Part shown: positions 40,972-54,000 of the stretch, in pieces
Layout of the letters: every line of letters begins with the position of its first letter
How positions within the stretch are numbered: the stretch's first letter is position 1
From: Octopus sinensis
Taxonomy: Eukaryota
NCBI RefSeq assembly: GCF_006345805.1
Contig: NC_042998.1
Span: 62,620,001-62,684,000, forward strand
DNA: 64,000 nucleotides
Reading direction: 5' to 3'
Program-made: the position numbers and the translations under genes
Notes under the pieces: model-generated
Seen by the model: the letters and a program-made list of their open reading frames with translations, nothing else
The model's database searches: none
Told to the model about the DNA's origin: nothing

Positions 40972-41822
40972 AAAGCGGCGAGCTGGCAGAAACGTTAGCA
41001 CGCCGGGCGAAATGCGTAGCCGTATTTCGTCTGTCGTTACGTTGTGAGTTCAAATTCCGCCGAGGTCGACTTTGCCTTTCATCCTTTCGGGGCCAATAAA
41101 TTAAGTACCAGTTACGCACTGGGATCGATATAATCGACTTAATCCGTCTATCTGTCCTTGTTTGTCTCCTCTGTGTTTAGCCCCTTGTGGTTAGTAAAGA
41201 AATAGAAATAGGTATTTCGCCCGTCGCTCCGTTCTCAGTTCTAATTCCCCCGAGGTCGACTTTGCCTTTCATCCTTTCGGGGTCGATAAAAAAGTACCAG
41301 TTGCGTTGTGGGATCGATCTAATCGACTTATCCCATACCACAAAATGCTGCTGTTGTGGCAAAATTTGTAACCATTATTATTATCATCATTAAGGCGGTG
41401 AGCTGGCAGAAACGTTAGCACGCCGGGCGAAATGCGTAGCCGTATTTCGTCTGCCGTTACGTTCTGAGTTCAAATTCCGCCGAGGTCAACTTTGCCTTTC
41501 TTCCTTTCGGGGTCGATAAATTAAGTACCGGTTACGCACTAGGGTCGATGTAATCGACTTAATACCTTTGTCTTTCCTTGTTTGTCCCCTCTATGTTTAG
41601 CCCCTTGTGGGTAATAAAGAAATAAGAATCGTTAACACGCCGGGCAAAATGCTTAGCGGTATTTCGACCGTCCTTACAGTCTTAGTTCAAATTCCGCCGA
41701 GGTCGACTTTGCCTTTCATTTTTCGGGGTGGTTAAATTAAGTAATAGTGAAACACTGCGGTCGATGTAATCGTTTAGTCCCCTCCTCCCAACGTTCAAGC
41801 CTTGTGCCTTTAGTAGAAAGGA
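40972..41822 (+). mobile_element. Head-to-tail array of four SINE family A units
   Basis: Units begin at about 40972, 41208 (partial), 41393 and 41626 (partial); A-box/B-box-like head GGCGAGCTGGCAG...GAGTTCAAATTCC. Confidence 0.85.
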
Positions 41823-41825
41823 TTA

Positions 41826-41882
<57 letters not shown>

Positions 41883-41890
41883 ATTACTAT

Positions 41891-42438
41891 TGAGTGAGAG
41901 AGCAGTGCATGCCGTCAACGTGACGCTGGGGTAAAATATACGAAGCCCAGTATATCCATCATGACTACCCGTCTGATAAGGGTACACCAGGCACATGCAT
42001 CACAACCATATGTGCGTGACATGGTGATCTCATATCAAGGTTAACAGAGCATGACCATGCGGGTAGGGCCCAGTTAGAATTTTCTTCAGGCTGAGTAACC
42101 CATCCCTCTCAAAAGGTCGCTGAGTAAGGGTTGTTTAAGGATGTTGAACGAACCACCCATGTTTCCAGAGGTGGTTTATTCAAACCCCAAATAATTCCTC
42201 TCAACACATGGCTATGATGCTTCCCCACTACTTCTGCTCATGATCAGAGATGCCCATGTCGTCAGTCACTAAGGGACATGCACCACTGTTTAAGGTCTGA
42301 GAAGTAAATCTGTGGTATTTAGCAAAATATTTGCTGTAGCCTATCTTTTATACCAAGACAAAACAATGTACGTGATAACACTTCCAATCAGTTAAGATCA
42401 GCAGCCATGAGAGCCAATGTCTAGTACTGCATCAGGGC

Positions 42439-42441
<3 letters not shown>
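41891..42441. mobile_element. About 550-bp non-coding element flanked on both sides by (ATT)n
   Basis: Sharp boundaries against (ATT)n at both ends; no ORF, no TIR, no obvious tRNA head. Confidence 0.5.
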
Positions 42442-42493
<52 letters not shown>

Positions 42494-42520
42494 TATTTAT
42501 TTACTTATTTATTTATTTAT

Positions 42521-43684
42521 CTAGTTTCAGCTCACTAGCTGTGGCCATGCTGGGGCACCGCCATTTAGTGTTGCTACATGATTTTACTTCACGAATGCTT
42601 TTTAGCAATTGCCATTTGGTGCATGAGAGAGTTCGATGCAGCTGCCCTCATCTGCACCTCCTGCCGTGAAGTTGGTTCATCTGGGATACCTGACAAGAAG
42701 AGATCCAGTTTCATTTGAAAGATATCTGCATCCACCCCATGCAGGTCTCTTAGGTTCTTCGGGGGGATATTGAAGAACTGTGGGCCTCGGAAGCCCAGGC
42801 TATCACAGCATCTTGTCCTACATCTTGATGGCAAATTTGGAGTCCTTGGCACTATGCAGTGGCGCGAAGTTCTGGCATTTGTGTAACTCTCGATGCCAAA
42901 GTTTGGGACAAGTCCTTCTAGGATCTTCCAGATGTATATTATGGCATATCTTTCTCGCCTACGCTCTAAGGAATAGAGTCTCAATCTCTTGAGTCTTTCC
43001 CAATAGCTTATATGCTGCACAGAGGCTATCTTCTTCGTGTAGCTTCGTTGGATCGCCTCAAGTTCTGTGATTAACTTGACACTGGATGGTGACCATAGCT
43101 GAGAGCAATAGTCAAAGTGGCTTAGGACAAGTGTCCTACAGAGGACCATCATGGTTTCCTGGTCTCTTGTTCTGAAGGTTCTAAGAATCCATCCGGTCAG
43201 CCGCCTTCATTTCATTGCCAATTTAGCAACATGCACATGAAAGGTTGCATCATCACTCATGTAAATACCCAGGTCACGCACTGATTGTGCCTCTGGGATT
43301 GCAGTCCCTCCAGGTCCAGTGTATTTATTGGGTATTGCATTTAGTTTTGCGTGCTGATAGCATAAAGCTTGAAACTTTTCAGCATTGAACTGCATGCTGT
43401 TCTTTTCAGCCCACTTGTATATTTTGTCCAGCTCACATTGCAGGTGCTTAGTGTCTTCAGGGTTCTGTATTGCCTGTGAAACTTTTGTATCATCTGCATA
43501 ACTTGTGATCATGGCTCTCTGCGTGGCTGAGGGCATGTCTGAGAGGGCCATTATGAACAGTAGTGGTCCCAAAACAGTCCCCTGCGGAACACCGCTCACT
43601 ATTTGCGTGTTAGTGGAAGTGGCTACTACCACCTGACTTCTATCTTTCAGAAAGTCATGAAGCCACTCTCCCAATTTTCCAACA
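42521..43684 (-). mobile_element. CR1-group LINE, 5'-truncated (RT C-half plus 3'UTR)
   Basis: SGVPQGTVLGPLLF, YADDTK, VRDLGI, HFDYCSQLWSP, SLERRRERYAIIYIWKIL; short 3'UTR and (TAAA)n tail. Confidence 0.9.
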
Positions 43685-43775
<91 letters not shown>

Positions 43776-43807
43776 ATTATTATTATATTATTATTATTAT
43801 TATTATT

Positions 43808-46494
43808 CCGTAGTTTTATTTTTATAGCGTGCTTTCACTTCACTACCGAGCGCAGCTCTGTGTGCCTTGGGTATGTGCTGTGATTTTTTGTGATGCTCTG
43901 ATGGTTATTGTATGGAAAGTGTTCTGCGTAGGATGTGTGCAGTGCCTAGTAGTGCAATTTTCTGTATGTTATATGTGTTTGTAAGTCCTGGTGTTTTTGT
44001 TATGTATTTGTCTGAATATTTTTTTATCATGCCTAATGCACCTATGATAGGAATTGTTTCTGTTTTTAGATTCCACATTTTAGTTACCTCTATTTCCAGG
44101 TCTTTGTATTTTGAGAGTTTCTCCATTTCTTTTAGAGACACGTTGTCATCTGCCGGTATTGATACATCAATTAGAAAGCATTTTTTTCTTCATGATCTCT
44201 GACAACTATATCTAGTCTGTTGGCCTTAATTTCTCTATCTGTGTGTATCGGCATATCCCAGAGTATGGTTGCTTTCTCGTTTTCTGTGACCTTTTCTGGT
44301 GTGTGCCTATACCATCATTTTTCTGTTGTTATTCCAAATTGTTGGCATAGCTTCCAGTGTATGTAGGTTCCAACTCTGTCATGTCTGTGAATATATTCCT
44401 TCTTAGCCAGGACTGGGCAGCCAGAGATAATATGATTTATTGTTTCTTGTCCATCTCCACATATTCTGCAGTTACTTGTTATATTTCTTTTCATTACATG
44501 TTTTTGGTAATTTCTGGTAGGGAGGCTTTGGTCTTGTGCTGCAATTAAAAAAATCCCTCTGTCTCTGCTTTGAGTCCTGAGCTTCTCAACCATTGATGGG
44601 ATTTTTCGTTGTCTATTTCTTTTGCGTTTAGTTTAGTCCAGTATTTGCCATGAAGGGGCTTTTCTTGCCATCGTTTTATCATGGTTCGTTGCTGTTCTGT
44701 TTTTAGTTTGGATTTCATTTGTTTTATAGCTTTTGTTGTTTCTTCTTCTTCTTCTTCTTCTTCTTCTTCTTCTTCTTCTTCTTCTTCTTCTTCTTCTTCT
44801 TCTTCTTCTTCTTCTTCTTCTTCTTCTTCTTCATATTTATTAGGTGGTATGATTTCTTGTTTGTATTTGTCAGCTTTTGTTTTGCTCGTGTTTTGCCGCT
44901 ATTTGTATCAGTTTTCCTTCCTTCTGAAGTAGATATTTTTGCAGTCCTATGGTGGTTATTTTATAGTAGTTTTCCAGTTGTATAAGGCCTCTACCACCTT
45001 CTATACGTTGTATATATAGTATTTCTATGTCAGATTTTGGGCGATGCATCGTAGATCCTGTCAGTATTTTTCTTGTTTTCCTATTTATTTTGGTCAGTTC
45101 ATTTAGTGTCCAGTTAAGGATATTGTAGCTGTAACTTATAACTGGGACAGCTAAAGTGTTAATACCTATTATCTTGTTTTTAGCATTGAGCTCTGTTTTT
45201 AGTATTGATCTAACTCGTCTATAATATTCTTTTTTAATTTTCTCTTTCATTTGTGTGTGTTGTGTCTTATCTAGCTCATGGATTCCTAAGTATTTGTAAG
45301 TTTGGCTTTGGTCTAATTCTTTTATTTCATTGGTTTTATCTAGTGTGATGCTGCTACTCTTAACTAGTTTACCTCTTTTCATGGTTACTTTGGCGCATTT
45401 TTCTAATCCAAATTTCATATCTATTTCTTTGGTAAATCCATGAATTGTCTTTAATAGTGTTTCCAGCTGTTTGTCATTTGCAGCGTATAGTTTTAGGTCA
45501 TCCATATATAAAAGGTGGCTGATCGTTTTGCCGTAACATTTATATCCGCATCCAGTTCTATTTAGCATATCAGATAGAGGTGACAGTGCCAAGCAGAAAA
45601 GGAGTGGAGAGAGCGTGTCTTCCTGGAATATTCCTCTTCTAATGGGGATGGCTTTGGTTTTCATGAGTCCCTTTTTTGTTTGGAGCTGTAGCACTGTTTT
45701 TCCATTTATTCATAGAATGCCCTATGAATTTTATAATTGTTGGTGCTAATTTGTTAATGGCTAGTGTTTCGAAGACCCATGTGTGGGGAATGCTATCAAA
45801 CGCCTTTTTGTAGTCGATCCAGGCCATACTGAGGCCTTTCTTCTTTCTGTGGCTGTCTTCAGTTATGGCTTTACTAATCATTAGTTGATCTTTACAGCCA
45901 TATGAGCCTTTGCGGCATCCTTTCTGCTCTTCTGGAAACAGGTTGTTTTCGTCCAGGTGCTTGTTCAACCTTTGCGATATCACTGCAGTAAATGCGTTGT
46001 ACATTGTAGGGAGACAGGTTATTGGTCTGTAGTTTTCTGGTTTTGCTCTCTCATTTTATTTGGGAATTAAGATGGTTTTCCCCATTCAGGCATTGTCTGG
46101 CTCTGCTAGTATGTTGTTAAACTTTTCAGCCAGCTTTTTGTGCATTCCTGTTAGATATTTCAACCAGAAGTTGGGGATCTTGTCATGCCCAGGTGCCTTC
46201 CAGTTGCTTAGTCTTTGCAGTGCCTTCCAGTTGTTATGGGGGTCCAAAGTTGCTCAGATGCTGAGTTTGTTGTTTTAATACTCCTTTTTTTTTGGTTGTT
46301 CGTTCGCCGACCATATTTCTCTCCAGAATTCTTCCACTTCTTCTGCCGTTGGTGCTGCAGTGATTTCTATTTTATTTTTGCCAAGTTCTTGGTAGAACTT
46401 TTTGGGATTGGAGTTGAACTTTTTGTTTTGTTCAAAGAAGCGCTGGCGTTTCTCGTACCGGCGGATCCTTTGTGCTTTGGCAAGGATATCTTGC
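43808..46494 (-). mobile_element. R4/Dong-clade LINE (RT plus restriction-like endonuclease), lineage 1, copy A, 5'-truncated
   Basis: EEQKGCRKGSYGCKDQL, WIDYKKAFDSIPH, RGIFQEDTLSPLLF, LYMDDLKLY, YKYLG, CRICGDGQETINHIISGC, EKLSKYKDLEIE; (TAA)n on both sides. Confidence 0.92.
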
Positions 46495-46561
<67 letters not shown>

Positions 46562-46591
46562 GTTATTGTTATTATTATTATTATTATTATT

Positions 46592-48220
46592 CTATGTTTG
46601 ACTTTTGCTTCATATTTGCACAAGTTGGCTCCAAGTCTCACCCAGAGACCTCAAGAGACAACAGGTTGGAAGTTCATGTTGTTGTTATGCTTAGTGTGCC
46701 ATATATTTGGCTTTTTTGGTGTTGTACTAGTGAATGTCTAAAAAAACCATACGAAAATCATGTTTGTTTTAAACTCTGAGATTACATTGGAAGTATTTTG
46801 CGTAGGATATAAGCAGTTCCCATGAGCACTATCTTTTCAATTTCTGCCATTTTTGGCTTTCCTGGTATCTGAGTTAGATAGCAGTCATCCCCTTTTGCTA
46901 TCATTCCAAGGGCACCTTTGACAACAGGTATTGTTTTAGTTTTCAGGTTCCACATTTTGCTGATTTCTATTTCAAGATCTTTGTATTTGCTCAGTTTTTG
47001 GTAGGTCTTGACAGATACGTTTATATCGATTGGGACAATCATATCAATGAGGAGGCATGTTCTTTGTCTGAATTCTTTCAATATGATGTCTGGCCTATTT
47101 GCATCAATCTTTCTGTCAGTTTGAATGGTGAGTCAGAAGAGTGAGATGCGATCATTTTCAAGCACTGGAGGTGGTTTGTGTTCCCACCAGTTTTTTTCAT
47201 GGGGCAAATCCAGGTTTTCGCAAATTACCCAGTGAATATATTGTGCAGCTCTATCATGCCTGTTGCGATACTCTGTAGGCGCTAGAAGACTGCACTTGGA
47301 GACAACATGATCAATGGTTTCATTTTGTTGTTGACATACACGACATGTTGGGCTACTGCCGTTCTTTAATATGTTGGCCTGGTAGTTTCTTGTTGGTAGG
47401 CATTGATCTTGAGCTGCTATGATGAACCCTTCTGTTTCAGATTTTAAGCCAGAGGCCATTAGCCATTGATGGGTCAGGGCTTTGTCAACATCTGCATTAT
47501 TCACTCTCTGTTGGGTATTTGAGGTTTTTCTTGCCATTTATCATTCAGAATATCTAAGGCCGCAGTTTTAGCACGGGTTTTCATGCGCTTAGCTTTTTCT
47601 GTGCTTGTTTCTTGTATGTCTAATTTCGAAATTTGATGTATTCGGAATTCACTTAGATATTCCTTTGCCTGTTTTGTTACTGAGTATGATGCTTTCTTGT
47701 TTTCATGTTTTGAGACAGGTTTTAACATCCAATCCTCAGAGTTTTTCAGGTAGGTGTCTAGGCCAATTGTAGCAATTTTCATTGTTATTGCCAGTTGTAA
47801 AAGTCCACGGCCTCCCTCTTTTCTTGGCAGATAAAGTCGTTCTGTATCTGCCTTAGGGTGGTGCATTCTATGCATTGTCAACAGTTTTCGTATTTTTCTG
47901 TCAAGATTACATATTTCAGTAATTGACCAGTTAACGATATTGAAACTGTAAGTTACGACTGGTATGGCTAAAGCATTGATCGCTTCGATCCTGTTTCTCG
48001 CATTCAGCTCTGTCTTGAGTATTGCTCTTACTCTGCGATAACATTCTCTTCTGATCCTTTCCTTCATCACTGAATGCCTTATTCCGTCCCCTTCAATTAC
48101 CCCTAGGTACTTGTAGCTCTCCGCTGGGTCTAATTCTTTTATGACATTCTGCTGGTCAAGGTTAACGTTAGATGTTTCTGTCATTTTTCCTTTGATAAAG
48201 GTAGCTTTTGCACAATTACA

Positions 48221-48221
<1 letters not shown>
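46592..48221 (-). mobile_element. R4/Dong-clade LINE, lineage 2, copy B, 5'-truncated
   Basis: YKYLG, KTELNARN, CRVCQQQNETIDHVVSKC, LLIDMIVP, KLSKYKDLEIE; 3'UTR differs from lineage 1. Confidence 0.9.
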
Positions 48222-48740
<519 letters not shown>

Positions 48741-48743
48741 TAC

Positions 48744-48807
<64 letters not shown>

Positions 48808-48810
<3 letters not shown>

Positions 48811-49562
48811 TAGTTTTATTTTTATAGCGTGCTTTCACTTCACTACCGAGCGCAGCTCTGTGTGCCTTGGGTATGTGCTGTGATTTGTTGTGATGCTCTG
48901 ATGGTTATTGTATGGAAAGTGTTCTGCGTAGGATGTGTGCAGTGCCTAGTAGTGCAATTTTCTGTATGTTATATGTGTTTGTAAGTCCTGGTGTTTTTGT
49001 TATGTATTTGTCTGAATATTTTTTTATCATGCCTAATGCACCTACTATGATAGGAATTGTTTCTGTTTTCAGGTTCCACATTCTAGTTATCTCTATTTCC
49101 AGGTCTTTGAGAGTTTCTCCATTTCTTTGCTGTCTCTGCTTTGAGTCCTGAGCTTCTCAACCATTGCTGGGATTTTTCTTTGTCTATTTCTTTTGCGTTT
49201 AGTTTAGTGCAGTATTTACCATGAAGGGGCTTTTCTTGCCATCGTTTTATCATGGCTCGTTGCTGTTCTATTTTTAGTTTGGATTTCATTTGTTTTATAG
49301 CTTTTGTTGTTTCTTCATCATCTTCTTCTTCTTCTTCTTTGTGTTATTAGGTGGTATGATTTCTTGTTTGTATTTGTCAGCTTCCTTAAATACTGAGAAC
49401 AGTTTTTGTTTTGCTCGTGTTTTGCTGCTATCTGGATCAGTTTTCCTTCCTTCTGAAGTAGGTATTTTTGCAGTCCTATGGTGGTTATTTTATAGTAGTT
49501 TTCCAGCTGTATAAGGCCTCTACCACCTTCTATACGTTGTATATATAGTCTTTCTATGTCAG
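48808..49562 (-). mobile_element. R4/Dong lineage 1, copy C, with internal deletions
   Basis: Same 3' end as copy A; jumps from the KDLE region to the SSGLKAET region. Confidence 0.88.
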
Positions 49563-49566
49563 ATTA

Positions 49567-49647
<81 letters not shown>

Positions 49648-49650
<3 letters not shown>

Positions 49651-49921
49651 GTTTGACTTTTGCTTTACATTTGTACAAGTTGGCTCCAAGTTCCACCCAA
49701 AGACCTCAAGAGACAACATGTTGGAAGTTCATATTGTTGTTATGCCTAGTGTGCGATATATTTGGTTTTATATTTAGTGTTGTACTAGTGAATGTCTAAA
49801 AAAAACATACGAAAATTATGTTTGTTTTAAAACTTGAGATTACATAGAAAGTATTTTGCGTAGGATATGAGCAGTTCCCATTTGCACTATGTTTTGAATT
49901 TCTGCCATTTTGGGTTTCCTG

Positions 49922-49923
<2 letters not shown>
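49648..49923 (-). mobile_element. R4/Dong lineage 2, copy D (3' end only)
   Basis: Homologous to about 46592-46866. Confidence 0.85.
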
Positions 49924-50004
<81 letters not shown>

Positions 50005-50036
50005 ATCAATATTATTATTATTATTAATATTATTAC

Positions 50037-50079
<43 letters not shown>

Positions 50080-50082
<3 letters not shown>

Positions 50083-50627
50083 TAGTTTTATTTGTATAGC
50101 GTGCTTTCACTTCACTACCGAGCGCAGCTCTGTGTGCTTTGGGTATGTGCTGTGATTTGTTGTGATGCTCTGATGGTTATTGTATGGAAAGTGTTCTGCG
50201 TAGGATGTGTGCAGTGCCTAGTAGTGCAATTTTCTCTATGTTATATGTGTTTGTAAGTCCTGGTGTTTTTGTTATGTATTTGTCTGAATATTTTTTTATC
50301 ATGCCTAATGCACCTACTATGATAGGAATTGTTTCTGTTTTCAGGTTCCACATTCTAATTATCTCTATTTCCAGGTCTTTGTATTTTGAGAGTTTCTCCA
50401 TTTCTTTTAGAGACACGTTATCATCTGCCGGTATTGATACATCAATTAGAAAGCATTTTTTTTCTTCATGATCTCTGACAACTATATCTGGTCTGTTGGC
50501 CTTAATTTCTCTATCTGTGTGTATCGGCATATCCCAGAGTATGGTTGCTTTCTCGTTTTCTGTGACCTTTTCTGGTGTGTGCCTATACCATTTTTTTTCT
50601 GTTGTTATTCCATAATGTTGGCATAGC

Positions 50628-50629
<2 letters not shown>
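50080..50629 (-). mobile_element. R4/Dong lineage 1, copy E (endonuclease plus 3'UTR)
   Basis: ORF 50177-50530: ANRPDIVV...LIDVSIP...EKLSKYKDL. Confidence 0.9.
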
Positions 50630-50683
<54 letters not shown>

Positions 50684-50748
50684 ATCAATATTATTATTAT
50701 TATTAATATTATTATTATTATTAATATCAATATTATTATTATTATTAA

Positions 50749-50803
<55 letters not shown>

Positions 50804-51544
50804 ATGATCTTTTGATTAGTTTCATGCAAGTTTCTTGCATCATTAGGTGCAGCTCTGCATATTACGCAACATTGCATCATTTTTCTTTGCTGTATATTAA
50901 TATCATCCTACGCTCAAGTTTCATGTGAACTTCTGCTACATTACCAAGTGCAGTGTCTCTCTCTTCCCGATGTTCCTGCAGCATTGTCTTAAAAACAAAA
51001 GGGTTGTGCTATTGCGTAATATATCTTCAATGCTTTTATGTGGAATTTACTTTGTTACTTCCAGTGTTAGCGCGATCGTTCTTCTATGAATAATTCTATA
51101 TTATTTGTGTTATTTTGTTCGCCGGTGGTTGGATTTTGTATGTGTAGTATTATGTGTTATAATTTAAGTGGGTGGTTGCAGAGAATATGTATTGTGTGGG
51201 TTGTGTTATAGTTATTCAATTGATACTGTAAATAACGTGCAACAAAATCACTATGAAATAGAGATCCCTAAATAAAACAATCCTTAACTTAATTAGAATA
51301 TCAATGAGGGACAATCATGCAGTTTCGATGTATGGTAAAATATTGTATATGCAACAAAAACCACCGCAAACCAGTTAATCAAGAACTTCCTAAATAAGTT
51401 TGACGCCACAAGAACTAGAAGTTCGTGAAAGATATTTTAGAAGCTATGAGAATACAAAAACCCAACATTCACAGTAAACAACAACAACTACAACACACAC
51501 ATATACACATACACATACAATACACACAACACACTAGCTCAGGC

Positions 51545-51851
51545 ATACCTGTGTGGTATAAAGTTTGCTTCCTAACAAAATGGTTTCGGGTTCAGTCCCA
51601 CTGCGTAGAGTGGTAGACGGAAACTAAAATAAGCTCATCTTACCTCAATATTATGTAAATAGAGGAATTTATCTGTAATATAATATGTGACAATTATTAT
51701 TTGGCTGCCGTAATAAACCTCATAGCATTTTTGTTTGACTTAATAACGGACGAGATGCCGGAGCAGATTTCTGCCTCGACATCCGAAACTCGGAGTTTTA
51801 TCATGACAGCCCAATAATTGTCACATATTATATTACAGAATTACAAATATG

Positions 51852-51910
<59 letters not shown>

Positions 51911-52200
51911 ATGTGTGTATGCGTGTGTGTGTGTATGTATATATATATATGTATATATATGTATGTGTATGTGTGTATGTGTGTGTGTTAGTGTCAGTGT
52001 TTGTCCCCCACCACCGCTTGATAACAGGTGTTTGTGTGTTTATGACCCCGTGACTTAGCGTTTCTATAAAGGAGACTAAGAGAATAAATACCAGACTGGA
52101 AAATAAGTACCGGGGTCGATTCGTTGGACTAAAAAATATTCAAGGCGGTGCCCCATCATGGCCGCGGTCTAATGACTGAAGCAAGTAAACGAATAAACAT
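51545..52200 (+). mobile_element. SINE family B, fragmented (head at about 51545-51640, tail at about 51990-52200)
   Basis: GGGTTCAGTCCCACTGCG in the head part; GGCGGTGCCCCATCATGGCCGCGG in the tail part. Confidence 0.65.
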
Positions 52201-52519
52201 CAAACACAGACAACCCATTTTCAGCTGCTTAATGGCTCTCATTATAAATTTCCTGAGTTGTTCGTGTTGAGCGAGTTGTGTAAGTGTATTTGTTGCGTTG
52301 TGATATTTTTTTCGTTGGAATGCAATCAGATACTTTTTTATCCTCTAATCAATATGTGCTATGGAAAGTTTTATTATTATTTAGTTTTTTGTCATTTTGA
52401 TGTCTTCGATAATTGTTCAATTTACCAGCAGCTGTTCTTTACATCCATCCATCCATCTCTTTCCCGCATCCTTCCTGCTCTTATATAGTAAGACGTTATG
52501 CTATTCTTGATGTGGGATG

Positions 52520-54000
52520 CAAGATGTAAGGTATTTCTATGTTGCTTTTAGTCAACTTATAGACCTGTAGTTTTTAGATGTCTCTAACGCTTTCGGTTTT
52601 GGGGAATCGATATTGATTTCCTTTCTGCTGATGACTCATCTGTTGTTTCATGCACGTTCATTAATTTTATTAAATGCTGTCACCACATATTCAAGAGCAC
52701 TGACTCAGTTATTCAGTCAGATACTGTCAATCCAAGGGAATTTCTAGCTCTCTTCTGCTTTTATCGTGTTGCTGAATTCCCTGTAAGTTATGCTGGTCCA
52801 GATTTTGCTGTTCTGTTGCATCTTTCATCTTTTTAAACAATTTCACCATCTAAATCATTACTCTTTCCCATTGTGCTGCAAGTTTTTTTTATCTTCCACC
52901 CCTCCCCACCCAGCAGTACCACTGTAATACTGTTGATGTTGTCTCATCCATATTATTTTTCTTTTACTAGTGGTCCTTTAAGCTACTTAGGTATTTGATT
53001 GAAATACTTCTCACTCTCGGAAAAACTGCTCACGCTTATCGAAGCGTCTTTTTGTGCATATTTTCCCTGATATGATTCGTTTAAAATGTCTTTTATCTCC
53101 ATGGAATCTTCATTTTATTGATATTACGCTTTGATTATTTGATTTCTTTTTACTTCTTCATATTAAACCGCCATGTTCTCTGTTTTTTTTTTACATCTTC
53201 ATATTAAACCGCCATGTTTTTCCATTTTGCTAAGGGGAAAAATTGTTTCCCAATTTCGTATAGTATATTTCATTCTTTTTGTTCTGGGCAAGACATTAGC
53301 TGTATCTGGAAATGAATCTCCAGCTCATGGGTTCAAAGATTTTGAGGAGTATGTAGTTACCCGTTAGTTATCACAACCCCCGGTTCCACTCTGATTCGAG
53401 ATGGCAATATCTATGAAGGGCCCAGTCATGGGGCAATTAACAAAAACTAGTCCTTTTATTAAGGCATGCAGAAGCACGCTGGCTCCTTTATACGTTTTAC
53501 ACATGCGCACTATTCTGTTGACGCATTCTGATATCATGCGAATTAGTCCAATCCCGTGCTCAAAGGTTGAATGCATCTTGTATACCAAGGGAAAGTTTGG
53601 GAAGCAGGAGACATATAACAAAAAAACAACAAATAAACCGGAAGAAGGCAACAGGAAATTTCCGTTGCATTTTACCCAGAAAAATCGAGAATCTCCAGAG
53701 TTTGGCCTGGAGGTACCAGATCGTCACCGTCTGTAGGTATTGCACACAAATAGATATACTTTTCTCATCGTTTAGTGCCGTTTGTATGGTGAGAGTCTTA
53801 CTGCTTGAGGATGAAACCAGATTACACTCGGTACTGTCACAGCTACTGAAGAGATTAGACCATTCCCCCGTATCCGTATTAGGTTTGTTTATTTGTTCAC
53901 TTCCTAAACAAAGTCTTCTGCAGAACCTCGTTACGTATATCTGTTCCTCTTTAGAGTTGCTTCTTCGTGGGTAGGTTAGGCAAGGGTTTCTCTTGATCCG
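52520..54000 (-). mobile_element. Old non-LTR retrotransposon remnant, clade uncertain
   Basis: KPKALETSKNYRSIS*LKAT*KYLTS at about 52515-52600 resembles the RT N-terminal NYRPI motif; the upstream extent is a guess. Confidence 0.4.

Noticed and set aside
42380-42441. HDV-like ribozyme at the minus-strand start of the 550-bp element
   Set aside because: I could not build the P1/P1.1/P2/P3 double pseudoknot by hand; this needs a covariance search.
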